From the human T2T-CHM13v2.0 reference genome, Homo sapiens, in assembly GCF_009914755.1 (NCBI RefSeq), contig NC_060935.1: DNA of 64,000 nucleotides. One strand, given 5' to 3'. Every line of letters begins with the position of its first letter. The stretch's first letter is position 1. Shown here one piece after another: positions 14,601 through 28,112 of this stretch. The translations under genes and the position numbers were made by a program. The notes under the pieces were generated by a model. That model worked only from the letters and a program-made list of their open reading frames with translations, did not search any database and was not told the origin of the DNA.

Positions 14601-16269
14601 ACAAAGAATAAGTGAGTTCGCATGCAAAGCATTTTGAATAGAGCCTGTCACAGATTAAATACTATTACTGGTGCATATTATTATTATTTAATGTCTGACT
14701 CGCTTCCAGTGGAGACCATGGATCAAGAAGCTAGAGCCTAGGAAAGAATCACAAAAAAGTCAGTTTAATTCTACCTAATTCCTCTCTTTTGTGTTTTTCA
14801 TAACTTGATTATGTTGATGGCTACCTTCTTTGCCACTGGGAGATACTTTATACAATAATTATAGCTTTAATATCTTCTTACTCATCATTAACAATGGGCA
14901 ATTAAGTATTATTCTGTTGTGCTTAAAAGTCATGTTGGTTTCGCCACAACTTTGTTACCAAGATCTGAGAGACAAACCACCCAGCATGAATGACCCAGTC
15001 AGTTTCAAGACATGGCAGGCTCTGCCTGGCTTCAGGGACTCACTAAGACTGCCATGGTCCTTAGGCATTTTTATCTTCATGGACTCCCATTAATGGGGAT
15101 TAATGTTTATATTATATGACCGCATTGGCATAAAGATAAATATGTTAGTATTATATATTAAGACATGTTCTCTGACCTAAAAATCTATTTTTTTCCTCCT
15201 GATTTTAAGAGAAATTAAAACATGTTAGTGCTCTCTGTGCCTGATGGTTAAATAGGCCCTACCTCGCTAAGTTCACACCTGCTGCTTGGTTAGCAACTTA
15301 CACCCCAGGAAGCTGGGTGTGCAGTAAACAAGTAATGTGGCTCCTGGTTTATATTTTTCATAACACATAATAGTTTTAAACTGTATCAAGTATCATAGGA
15401 GCAAAATGTTGACATGTTTAGAAAAGCTGCTGGGAGATGTTTCTACTTTCTAGGGCCTGTGGAAGACTTCATCTTGGCGGAGGGAAAAGGCTTCCAAGAA
15501 TCTTCCGGTTATGCAAAGGCAAGGCCCAGCAGTACATCTGGACAGAGTAGGGATTGAGACAAGGATGAAGGGGCTTTTCCGAATAAAGTTGTGTTTTCCT
15601 TTGATGAAAAGTTGTCGTGTGGTAAAATTTGGGACTTCCTCTGGTGGCCCAGAGATGGGAATTTGACAGCCTGGGGACTGAAGAAGAGAGGACAGGGTTT
15701 AAAGACCTAGGATTTTTGGAGGAGCTGGGCCTAATGGAGAGTCAGCCATGAAAGAACTCCCTAGGGTGGGAGATGGCAGGTGGGCCATGGTTTCAGTAAG
15801 ATGCTATTCAGGTTTTCCTCCTGCACTGTAATCCTCTTATGGTTTCCTCAAGCCTTTAGAAAAGTCTGGGACACACCATGGGCTGTGTCAGTGGTCCTAG
15901 GGTTTAAGGAAGGGCACTCTTCCCTGTTTGGAGCAAGGGACTTCCCCCTTATAAGGCTAGGGCAGAGGCAGCAGCAGTGAATGAATGATAATGCTGATTC
16001 CGACTCCCAGTAACTAGAAACAGCGTGAATGGGGGGCGCTGTGGTGCCACCAGGTGCAAGCAGAGGAGCAGGCTGCAGTGTGTCCAGGTCAAAAATGCGC
16101 TTGAGACAAAGGCTGTTTCTCCCTAGTACACTGGAAGACATTGATCCTTGAATGGAAGGAGGCAGGGAGAGGAATTAGATCCTGTTTTTACATGGTTAAT
16201 GGTCCCCAAGAAGCTGAAGTTTATAATATCCTCACCTCTCTGAGCCCATCTCTTATTATAGTCTCTTTG

Positions 16270-16692
16270 CTCCCAGCTCCAGCCACATTGGGCTCCCCAT
16301 TCTCACTCAAACATGCCTGGGAAGCACCCACCCTGAGCCTTTGCACTTGTGCCCTCCATCTGGGATGCTCTTACACCAAGTATGTACATGGCTCAATCTC
16401 TCACTTCCTTCAAGTCTTTGCTCAAATATCGCCTTTCTCAATGAGGCTTTCCATGACCAATGTATTTAAAATACAACACTCCTGATCTTCCTGCCCTGCT
16501 TTATATTCTTCCTTGCACTTACCACCTTCTAAAGCTTATCCCTTTCCTTGCTTGCCTGTCCCTCCCCTCTGGAGTAGAGGCTGCATTAGGGCAGGCAGTT
16601 TTGTCTACTTGCCCACTTCTGCATCTGCAGTGCCCAGAGCAGAGCCTATTATATGGTAGACTTCAGCAAATATTTATTGGGTGCATGAATGA
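16270..16692 (+). mobile_element. L2 3' fragment
   Basis: ctcacttccttcaagtctttgctcaaat...cagtgcccagagcagagcct...caaatatttattgggtgcatgaatga. Confidence 0.65.
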
Positions 16693-17361
16693 AGATAACA
16701 GCGTCTGGGTTATACAAAGTGCTTTGAATAACCTCTCTAACTGAATGTAAGCTTATAGATATGTTATATAGCAACTGAAAAGCGTAATTGGGTAAATAAG
16801 GTGGGGACAGGTTTGCATTGAGTGACTGATCATTCACAGTCTCGTTTGGCTTAGATGGTGTTTATTAAGCAGTAGGTGGCTGGTTTTAAAATGGTGTTTT
16901 GTAGAAACCTAGGTGCTGTAGGGTGTCTTTCAATGTTTGTTCTTAATTTTGTTTTCAAATATATTTTTAAATATTTTTGAGAGTAAAACGCATGCTTGAA
17001 TGCATTGTATATTAAATTTGAATATATTGGCAATTCCTGAGGCACATTACTGTCAGGTTAACTCACTTTAAAAAAAATACAGCTTGGGAATAAAGATCAT
17101 TCTGCCATTTCTATGAATGTATTTGGATTTCTTCTAAGTGTGTCCATAAAATGTTATTTTAAGTTTCACTCGTGACACTTTATTTCTCACAATGGATGTA
17201 AGCAGTTAATTTTGTGATTTTTTGTTGGAAAAAATAATGATTTTCTACTGTTCTCTTTCAAGCTTCTGAAACGAGTTAATTGAAGATCATCTTGAGGGTG
17301 CAAGGTGAACTGAAAATACATTGTTGTTTTCTCTATGTTTCTCTGAGTGTCTGGATTTTCT

Positions 17362-18743
17362 TTTTATTTTATTATTGTTTTTTATCTTATTTTAGATTCA
17401 GGGGTATGTGTGCAGGTTTGTTATATAGGCAAACTGTGTGTCACAGGGGTTTAGTGTACAGATTATTTTGTGCCCCAGGTAATAAGCATAGTGCCCGATA
17501 GGTTTCTTTTCTGATCCTCTCCCTCCTCCCACCCTTCACCCACAAGTAGGCCTCAATGTCTGTTGTTTTCCTCTTTGCGCTCATGTGTTCTCGTTGTTTA
17601 ATTCCCAGCTGTAAGTGAGAGCATATGGTATTTGCTTTTCTGTTCCTGTGTTAGTTTGCTTAGGATAATGTCCTCCAGCTCCATTCATGTTGTTGCAAAG
17701 GATCTGATCTCATTCTTTTTTATGGCTGCACAATATTCCACCATGTATATGTACCACATTTTCTTTATCCAGGCTACCCCTGATGGGCATTTAGGTTAAT
17801 TCCATGACTTTCCTATTGTAAATAGTGCTGTCGTGAACATACGCATGCGTGTGTGTTTATGGTAGAATGATTTAGATTCCTTTGGGTATATACCCAGTAA
17901 TGGAATTGCTAAGTCAAATGCTAATTCTGTTTAAGTTCTTTGAGGAATTGCCACACTGCTTTCCATAATGGCTGAACTAATTTACACTCCACCAGCAGTA
18001 TAAAAGTATTCCCTTTTCTCCACAACCTCACCAACATCTGTTATTTTTTGACTTTTTAGTAATAGCCATTCTGACTGATGTGAGATGGTATCTCATTGTT
18101 GTTTTGATTTGCATTTCTCTAGTGATTAGCGATGCTGAGCTTTTTTTCATATGCTTGTCAGCTGCATGTATGTCTTCTTTTGAAAAATACCTGTTCGTGT
18201 TCTTTGCCCACTTTTTAATAGGGGTAGTTTGGTCTTTGTTTGTAAAATTGTTTAAGTTCCAAATAGATTCTGGATATTAGACCTTTGTTTGATGCATACT
18301 TTGCAATTATTTTCTCCCATTCTATAGATTGTCCGTTGACTCTGTTGATAATTTCTTTTGCCAGCAGAAGCTCTTTACTTTAATTAGGTCCCATTTACCA
18401 ATTTTTGTTTTTGTTGCTATTGTTTTTGGCATCTTTGTCATGAAATCATTGCCAGGTCCTATGTCCAAAATGATATTTCATAGGTTACTTTCCAGGGTTT
18501 TTATCGTTTTAGGTTTTACATTAAAGGCTTTAATCCATCTTGAGTTAATTTTTGTATATGGTATAAGGAAGGGGTCCAGTTTCAATCTTCTGCATAGTTA
18601 TCCAGATGGTTTTCCTAGCACTATTTATTGACTAGAGAGTTCTTTCCCCATTGCTTGTTTATGTTGGCTTTGTTGAAGATCAGATGATTCTAGGTGTGCG
18701 GCATTATTTCTGGGCTCTGCATTCCGTTCCAATGGTCTATGTA
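17362..18743 (-). mobile_element. 5'-truncated L1 (L1PA15-16/L1PB-type): 3'UTR plus ORF2 end
   Basis: Antisense L1 3' end (tatgtgtgcaggtttgttatatagg...) and ORF2-type sequence; TSD ggattttct at 17353-17361 and 18744-18752. Confidence 0.88.
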
Positions 18744-19129
18744 GGATTTTCTCAATACTACATGATCAAAACAAAAGGCAAAGATAAGATGGGTGCCAAA
18801 CTAATACGTAGCAGAAACTCTCCTCAATAGCCTTGTTTTCAATATTTCTTCGAAGTGGTAATGTGTTATACTTTTGTATTTGTTGTACTTTGGGTGGTCT
18901 TGCTTTATTTTTGTTTTTTGTTTTCCTATGAAACTGATGCAGCTATGTAAATGAGCTCGTGTCACCATAAGGATATAATCTCATGTCTTCCTAAAGTCAT
19001 GGCACCTGTAGATCCAAGTGTTGTTCTGTACCTGCTCCTCTGATCTACTTTCTGGGTTAATGTAACTTTATTTATATCAAGAAGATTTTGAATGTGGAAA
19101 GCTAATTTTACACAGGGTGTGGGGAGGCA

Positions 19130-20560
<1,431 letters not shown>

Positions 20561-20858
20561 TGACTTTTCAAAACGATTGGTTGTTTTAATTATTTGACTT
20601 TCTTTTTGAATGAAAATGATATTATCAAACTAACACGTTTCTTATACAAGATACAAAGATGAAAGCTAATATTCACTCTCAAACATCACCATGCAGAAAC
20701 GACTATCTCTAACTCTTGATGAACATCATTTCGGAAACCCCTCTGATATACACATTCATACATGCATGCAGATACAGCTAGGAAAAAAAGGTAAGTATGT
20801 GAAAGACAGGTAGGTAGCTTTTATTTTATTGGGAATATTGTCTTCTTAAGAAACACCC

Positions 20859-21130
20859 AGCTGGGCGCGGTGGCTCACTCCTGTAATCCCAGCACTTCGG
20901 GAGGCCGAGGTGGGCGGATCATGAGGTCAGGAGATCAAGACCATCCTGTCCAACATGGTGAAATCCTGTCCAACATGGTGAAACCCTGTCTCTACTAAAA
21001 TACAAAAACTAGCTGGGCATGGTGGTGCGGTGATTGCAGTGAGCTGAGATTGTGCCACTGCACTCCAGCTTGGCGACAGAGCGAGACTCCCTCTCAAAAA
21101 AAAAAAAAAGAAAAGGAAAAAAGAAAAAGA
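20859..21130 (+). mobile_element. AluS(c)-type with an internal 20 bp duplication and a right-arm deletion
   Basis: atcctgtccaacatggtgaa present twice; right arm jumps from ggtggtgcgg to ttgcagtgag; TSD aagaaacaccca. Confidence 0.88.
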
Positions 21131-21969
21131 AACACCCACTATATATATTGGGTTTCCTTATCTACCAACTTCCTCATGATAATGTCTATTTTTAAAAATT
21201 TTTTATTCCATTTTGTCTTATGTGATTTCCTTAATTCTGACCGTAAGGACTCTGGCTGTATTTTCACTCATTTTTAAATGTTATTTGCTGTTTCTGATGT
21301 GAAGTGGATCTCTGTAATCTTCTCTCTCTCTCTCTTTTGCTTTTGCTTATTTTCTTGACTTTTGCCAGATTATTATTTCATTTTTTATAAGCTCTTCTCC
21401 ATACCTTTGTGTCTGTTCTCTAAATTTTTCTTCAGAAAGAGAGATCATGTCATCTATAATTTAATGAAAGCTGTGGGAAATTATTTGTCCGAGTCCTTCC
21501 GTTGTTTGCGCGGGTAATTCCTCTTGAACTTTGTTCTTCATCTGCTTTTTCTTTATGTTCCTCTTCTTATGTTCTCCAGCCCTGACCCTTTGCTAAGGTC
21601 CTGTGTAATTTCCAGGGGATTGGTTCTCATCTTTAAATGGAGTGGGTTATTTGTTGAAGAAAAGTGTGGGGAGAGGAGATAGAAGAGTGAGTTAAGATAG
21701 TTCACAGCTTCAACTGAAGCCAGTAGTGGCAAACGGCCCCTCAGCAAATCTGTTATTTTACCTGCCCAGTGTGCCTGTCTTCCATTTGTCCTCAGTTTCA
21801 AGAGATTTATAAGGCTCATAGCAGGGATCCTAAAGTCACAGGTTCTCTGTATTATAATCTTATGACCCTCATTTAAGCCCCTTCTCCATAACCATTTCCC
21901 CTCCAGGTCAGAGTCCGGATAATAGTAATAATGGTGGTGCTGCTGCTTCTCCATCCCCTGCCCCCACAA

Positions 21970-22960
21970 AAAAGACTAGTTGATGAGTCAGCACCATTTA
22001 TTGAACAACCAGACTTTCAAATGTTGATTCAAAATGCTACCCTTATAGTAAATTCACATCTATGTTTTGATTTCTCTCTGGACTCTCCATTCTGTGCCAA
22101 TTATCAGTCTACCATGTCAGTAGTGTACTGTTTTATTTACTATAGCTTAATAATATGTTTCGTTATCAGGTGGAGCTAACTCATTATCATTCCTCTTATC
22201 TAGAATTTTACTGCCTATACGTACAAATATCTTTTCCAGATTAACATTATAATCACTTTCTAAGCCATTGGTAGGATTGGTATCACAATTAATGTATACA
22301 TCTATTTATTGATAATTACCATCTTTATAAAATTAAGTTTATTTTGTTTATAGCCAAACATTAGTTGTATCTTCATTTATTTTAGTCTTTTCACTCCTCA
22401 GTAGAGGTTTATAGGTTCTAAACACTTTTTCTCAAATGCATTTCTGGGCATTTCTGCTTTTACCACTACTGTAAATGTGAACTTTTTTCCTATACTATTT
22501 TTAACTCATTTTTTATATAGGAAAAATCTGTTTTTATATTTCAATTTTCTAATTGTCATTTACCATGTGTTGTTTCCGTTAAATTGTTTGGATTTTTTTC
22601 ATATCAATTACAAATAATTGTAATTTTACCTCCTCTTCCCAATTTCACGTCTTGTATTTATTTCTTCTGGCTGTTTATATTGGTCAATAACTGCGCAACA
22701 GTGTTAAATAATACTGGTGTTACAGTATACCCTGATTTTATTCCTGATGTTGATAGAAATGATTCTGAAGTTTTAACATTAAGCATAATGCTGACTTTTA
22801 GTCTGAGGACATCTAAGTGTATTAACATGGTAATTAGATTAACATTTTCCTAATTTTAAATCACTCTTGCATTTCTGGTATGAATTTTACTTGGTATTGC
22901 CAAAAATATGCTACTACGTTCTACTTGCTAATATTTTATTTAAGATTCTTGCTTTCCTAT
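21970..22960 (-). mobile_element. Highly diverged L1ME-type fragment
   Basis: T-rich decayed L1 ORF2-like phrases (cagcaccatttattgaa; tactgttttatttactatagctt). Confidence 0.5.
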
Positions 22961-22975
22961 TCAAAAGTGAAATTA

Positions 22976-23171
22976 GACCGGTGCGGTTGTTCATGCCTGT
23001 AATCCCAGCACTTTGGGAGGCCAAGGTGGTGGATCGCTCAAGGCCAGGTGTTCAAGACCAGCCTGGGCAACATGGTGAAACCCCATCTTTACCAAAAATA
23101 CAAAAATTAGCCAGTCTCCTAACCCGGTCTCAAAAGAAATAAATAAATAAATATATAAAAAATTTATTTAA
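22976..23171 (+). mobile_element. Monomeric Alu (left arm + short atypical 3' segment + A-rich tail)
   Basis: Left monomer to aaaattagcc, then agtctcctaacccggtctc; TSD aaaagtgaaatta / aaaaatgaaatta. Confidence 0.8.
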
Positions 23172-23384
23172 AAAAATGAAATTAATCTGTAGTAGTTTTC
23201 ATGTCTTATCAAGTTTTACGATCAATGTTCATGTATCTGCATGTATATATTTACTATATATACATATATAAATGTATCCATTAAAATTTATATGATATAC
23301 ATCTTGATTTTTTCATGTAACATGTTTTAAAGATATTCTTATGACAGCATATGTTTTTAAGCATGGATAGATCATACTTTTTAT

Positions 23385-23624
23385 TTATGTATTTTTTTCT
23401 TCAACTTTTATTTTACGTTCCAGGGTACGTGTACAGGATGTGCAGGTTTGTTACACAGGTAAATATGTGCCATGGTGGTTTGCTGCACAGATCAACCCAT
23501 CACCTAGGTATTAAGTCCAGCATCCATTAGCTATTCTTCCTGATGCTCTGCCCCTCACCCCCACCGTCCCCCGACAAGCCCCAGTGTGTGTTGTTCCCTG
23601 CGATGTGTCCATGTGTTCTCATCA
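23385..23624 (-). mobile_element. Short L1PA 3' end
   Basis: gtgcaggtttgttacacaggtaaatatgtgccatggtggtttgctgcacagatcaacccatc. Confidence 0.8.
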
Positions 23625-24001
23625 ACATTTGTTTAACTTGTTTTGTTACAAAGACTCCTGAGATTTTCTTTCCTTTTTATGCACTGGACTAGTTCAACTT
23701 CAGAATTATTTGTTCCTCAGAGGTCTGGAAGAGGTTACATGAGAAACTATTTGTATATGTGTGCATATGCATGTATATATAAGTACTATTTCTTTTACAA
23801 CTTTCTCAATATCTTCCATGATTATTAACATGTCTTTAGTCAATTTTGATAACATTTTTCTAGAAATAATTTCACACAACTTTAAAAATACATTAGCATG
23901 GAGTTATGGAAAATTTTTAAATAATAATATTTTAACTTTCTACATATTTGTGGTTATTTCCCTGTTTTGTGTATTTGTGCTTCTTTTTGATGAATTAACT
24001 A

Positions 24002-24601
24002 CAGGTTAAGCATCTCTAATCTGAAAATCTGAAGTCTGAAATGTTCCAAAATCCACACCTTTTCTAACACTGACCTGACGCCATGTCAGGAGGCCAAAAG
24101 CCTGTCGTTGCGCGTTGTTGCTGTTTTTAACAGCTGATCCGGGTATTCTGGGAATGCTACTGTGCTGCTTAGTTACCTTGAACACATTATTTTTTCACTG
24201 TATTAAGGGTATATCATATTTTTTACTGTTAAGTACTTCTGTGTGAATAAATAGAAGAAAATGCTTATTGGTAGCATATAAATTCAAAGTCAGGAAAGAT
24301 GGTGATGCCAAACAACCACAAATTGTCCACATGGTGGCTGAGACAGTGACACCTTCGCTTTCTGACGGCTCAGTGTACACAAACTTGTTTTATACACAAA
24401 ATTATTTAAAATATTGTGTAAAACTACTTCCAGGCTATGTGTGTAAGGTCTATATGAAACATAAATGAATTTCATGTTTAGACTTGGGTCACATCCCAAA
24501 GAGATCTCATTATGTATATGCACATATTCCAAAATCTGAAAAAGTCTGAAGTCCAAAACACCTCTGGTCCCAAGCATTTCATATAAGGGATACTTAACAT
24601 A
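24002..24601. mobile_element. Tigger4/MER46-type DNA transposon (TcMar), non-autonomous
   Basis: Termini caggttaagcatctctaatctgaaaat... and ...gcatttcatataagggatacttaacata, flanked by TA. Confidence 0.75.
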
Positions 24602-25262
24602 TAGTAATTTATCTACTTTATTTTAGCCTTTTCATCAATTGGGTAGTTAATAAATTGTTCTTAATGAATTAAATTATATTTTTATTATTAATTTCTTCTT
24701 ACTACTTTTCTTGGGATGATTTTGTATTTTTTCTTGTTTAGTTGGATGCATGAATCAATTTAATTATTGTAATTGTTTCTTGTCTAATGTTTAATGTGTA
24801 GCTAAGCTAGGGAGCACTGGATACACACATGCTACTCTCTGTCATATCACAGGGTCCCTTGAAATTTGGTTTCGGCCATGTGAGTTGCTCTGGCCCATTT
24901 GTTGTGAGCAGAAGTGATGTGTGTTTTGTCTGAACTGAGAGGGTTAAGAGCCAGTATGTTTTCTCCCTCCTCTTTTGTCCATTTTTACCACCGCCTTATA
25001 GGCCATGAATTCCAGATGGCATAGCTACTCCATCAGCCTACATTCTTAATGACTGTTGGAAACAGGCATGGACACTGAACAAGAAATAACCTTTAATATG
25101 TTAAGCCACTGTGATTTCAGAGTTTGCCTTTGGTGCCAGCTATTAGTTACTTATCTTGTCTAACAATGTGTTTGAGACTATGACTCTTCCTCTGAGTAGA
25201 GCTTTAGACATATCCAAAAGTTTTGATATGCAATTGAAATAGTTTGGGGTTTTGTTCCCTCC

Positions 25263-25643
25263 ATATATATACATATATATATACACACACACATAAACAG
25301 CCCCCCAAATATATATATATTTGTGTATATATATACATTGTGTATATATATAGTGTATATATACATTGTGTATATATAGTGTATATACATGTATACTATA
25401 TATGTATATATTGTATATATACATTGTGCATATTGTATATATACATTGTGCGTGTATTGTATATATACATTGTGCATGTATTGTATATATACATTGTGCG
25501 TGTATTGTATATATACATTGTGTGTGTATTGTATATATACATTGTGTGTGTATTGTATATATACATTGTGTATATATATAGTGTATATATATGTATGTAT
25601 ATATATAGTGTGTGTATATATATATTATATATATATATATTAT
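25263..25643. repeat. TA/TG-rich repeat containing a 24 bp minisatellite (tattgtatatatacattgtgygtg, ~6 copies at 25431-25570)
   Basis: Read directly. Confidence 0.92.
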
Positions 25644-25659
25644 TCCCCCCCCACACCTG

Positions 25660-25849
25660 CTTCCTGAGCTGGCAAATAGGGCTGGGCTGGGGCACAAGCT
25701 GCCTGAAACCATCTGAAGGGAGTAAGCGGAATCCAAGCTAATCTATAGGAAAGCCTCAAGCCAAGAACCAGAGAGATGGATTGCAAATGCCAAGACCAAA
25801 GGGGAAGAAGGAGCTTTGTGAAGGGTGTGTGTGTGTGTGTGTGTGGTGT

Positions 25850-25886
<37 letters not shown>

Positions 25887-26273
25887 CCTTTTGTTCATTC
25901 TCACAGCTGCAAGATACATCTGCTTAGGCCAGCTTTTGAAATCTCAGTCTGGCCAGAACTCCAGGCCCTCCCACCCTACTTAAGTCAGTCTATAAATGCA
26001 AACTGCAACTATCTGCCAGGCCCCTCCTAGGCCTGCTGCATTTATTCCTGACTTGCTTCTTCTCAAGTGCCGTGCCCCATTAGGTTACCAATTCTTGGCT
26101 CCATCTCTTCTTCACAAATCTGTTTCTTCTCCTTTGGTCTTGGTGTTTGCAATCTGTCTCTCTGTTTTTTGGCTTGAGGCTTTCCTATAGACTATCTTAG
26201 ATACTGCTTACTCCCTTCAGATGGTTTCAGGCAGCTGGTTCCCCAACCCAGCCCTACTTGCCAGCTCAGGAAG
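25660..26273. repeat. Inverted repeat IR1: arms 25660-25823 and 26110-26273
   Basis: Hand alignment: 164 nt, ungapped, 19 mismatches (~88%). Confidence 0.95.
25825..25885. repeat. (GT)n microsatellite
   Basis: Read directly. Confidence 0.95.
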
Positions 26274-27106
26274 GGGCTGCGAGGAAAATGCCATCCTTGG
26301 GTTTCCCTGCAGAGCTCCACCCTCTCTCATTCCTCCTCTGTCTCACGCTTCCTCTGCCGAAGGTCAGATGCACATGCTGCACTGAGTGGGTGCCCTGCGG
26401 CCTAGGTGGCCTCAGCTTTCAGCTTGGCATATGGGAATTTTGGAGCTTGTTGGGAGGCCCCAGGGAGGATGGAGACATAGTGCTGCCACCACTGCCGTTT
26501 TCAGAGCCTCAGAACAATCTGTATCCTTGGGCCTTTTCCATAAGAGGGAGTGTGGGAATACATATGATTTATAATGTAAACAATATATACCGACAGGATG
26601 TGAATGAATAAAAGATGAGTAAATAAAAGCACAAGAATAAATAAGCATCCTGCCTTGGCCTTGCTCTGCGCAGCAAGGGATATGGTGGAAGCATCATGGC
26701 AGGACAGGGCAGCTAGTGGCTGCTGCCTCAGCCTTCCTCCTCACTGGAAGCAGCCACTCTGCCCACCCTCTGTACCCTAACCTTGAAGCCCTCCTGACTT
26801 CAGCAGATTCTACATTAGGAGCTGACCTCTTCACACTGGGGCAGTTTGGTGCACAGAAAAAGCACAGAACAGATACTAACTAGCATTTTAACTTCACACA
26901 GATCAGTATCCCTCCCTCCTGCTATCCTCCAGGCCCTGGTTTCCCAATCTGTAAGTGAAGGGATTAGACTAGATGTCCTCTAAGTCCTTCAGGAATGTCC
27001 TTTCATAGTCCATCTTATCAGAAGGGTCAGTGTGATGCACCCTATTTCTGAGCCTCAGTTTTCTCATCCATAAAGTGGAGGTTCTGATGGGAGGTCTCAA
27101 AGGGCT

Positions 27107-27462
27107 TGATATGGTTTGGCTGTGTCCCCACCCAAATCTTACCTTGAATTGTAATAATCCCCATGTGTCAAGGGCAGGGCCAGGTGGAGATGATTGAATC
27201 ATGTGGGTGGTTCCCCCATACTGTTCTCATGGTAGTGAATAAATCTCATGAGATCCAATGGTTTTATAAATGGGAGTTCCCCAGCACAATCTCTCCTTGC
27301 CTGCTGCCATGTGAGATGTGACTTTTGTCCTCATTTGCTTTCCACCATGATTGTGAGGCCTCCCAAGCCATGCTGAACTGTGAGTCAATTAAACCTCTTT
27401 TCTTTATAAATTACCCAGGCTCAGGTATGTCCTTATTAGCAGCGTGAGAACGCACTAATACA
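27107..27462 (+). mobile_element. THE1 (MaLR) solo LTR
   Basis: TG...CA ends (tgatatggtttggctgtgtcccc...actaataca); perfect 5 bp TSD GGGCT. Confidence 0.9.
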
Positions 27463-28097
27463 GGGCTCTTCCACCTCTGATGCTCTGCTAGGTGGCTCTG
27501 ACTTGCTACCAGAGTTTGCGGCAGAGGCATGCGCGGACACGCGCGCGCACACACACACACACGCACGCAGGCACACACACTCCTCCAGACTTCAGGGCAG
27601 CCTGGAATGGGCTTGGTTTCTGGGCCTGCAGCCCTTAGGCAGATTGGCGGCAGCACTTCCATGTAACCTTCCCTCCAGACCTCCAACGGGTTGGACCCTG
27701 TGCCCTCTCTCTCCTGGTCCGCGCATGACAGAAGGCATAGGTATCATCTCCTGTCCCAAGGGCCCACATGCCCCAAAGCCCTCCTGCTGCAGCCCTCAGG
27801 AACTGTGTGGTGAACCCCTGTTCTGTACCTGCACCTCTGTGCTTGGAACTGAATGTGCCCTCAGGAAGCAACTGTCTAAGGTGGAGAGGTGGGGAAGAGG
27901 AACCCAAGAGAGAGAGAAATTGGTATCCTTAGGGGACGTGAGAGAGGGCATAGGGGGCCAGAGGAAGCAGAAGGCAGGCAAGCCAAGAGGAAGGCTGGGG
28001 CATCCTCTGGAACTAGCAGGAGATGGTTTTTTCTAGGGACACGACTTCTGGCTTGAGCCTGAACTTAGTGCAGCCTCTGGGTTGCTCCTCCATCCTG

Positions 28098-28112
28098 CCA
28101 GCAGATGGCAGT
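28098..28112 (+). promoter_or_regulatory. CTCF core motif (candidate)
   Basis: CCAGCAGATGGCAGT matches CCASYAGRKGGCRS. Confidence 0.55.

Noticed and set aside
16025-16060. CTCF-like words ggggggcgctg and ccaccaggtgca
   Set aside because: Each matches only half of the core motif
25143-25741. Overlapping Y/I/H/C-rich ORFs
   Set aside because: Translation of the TA/TG minisatellite
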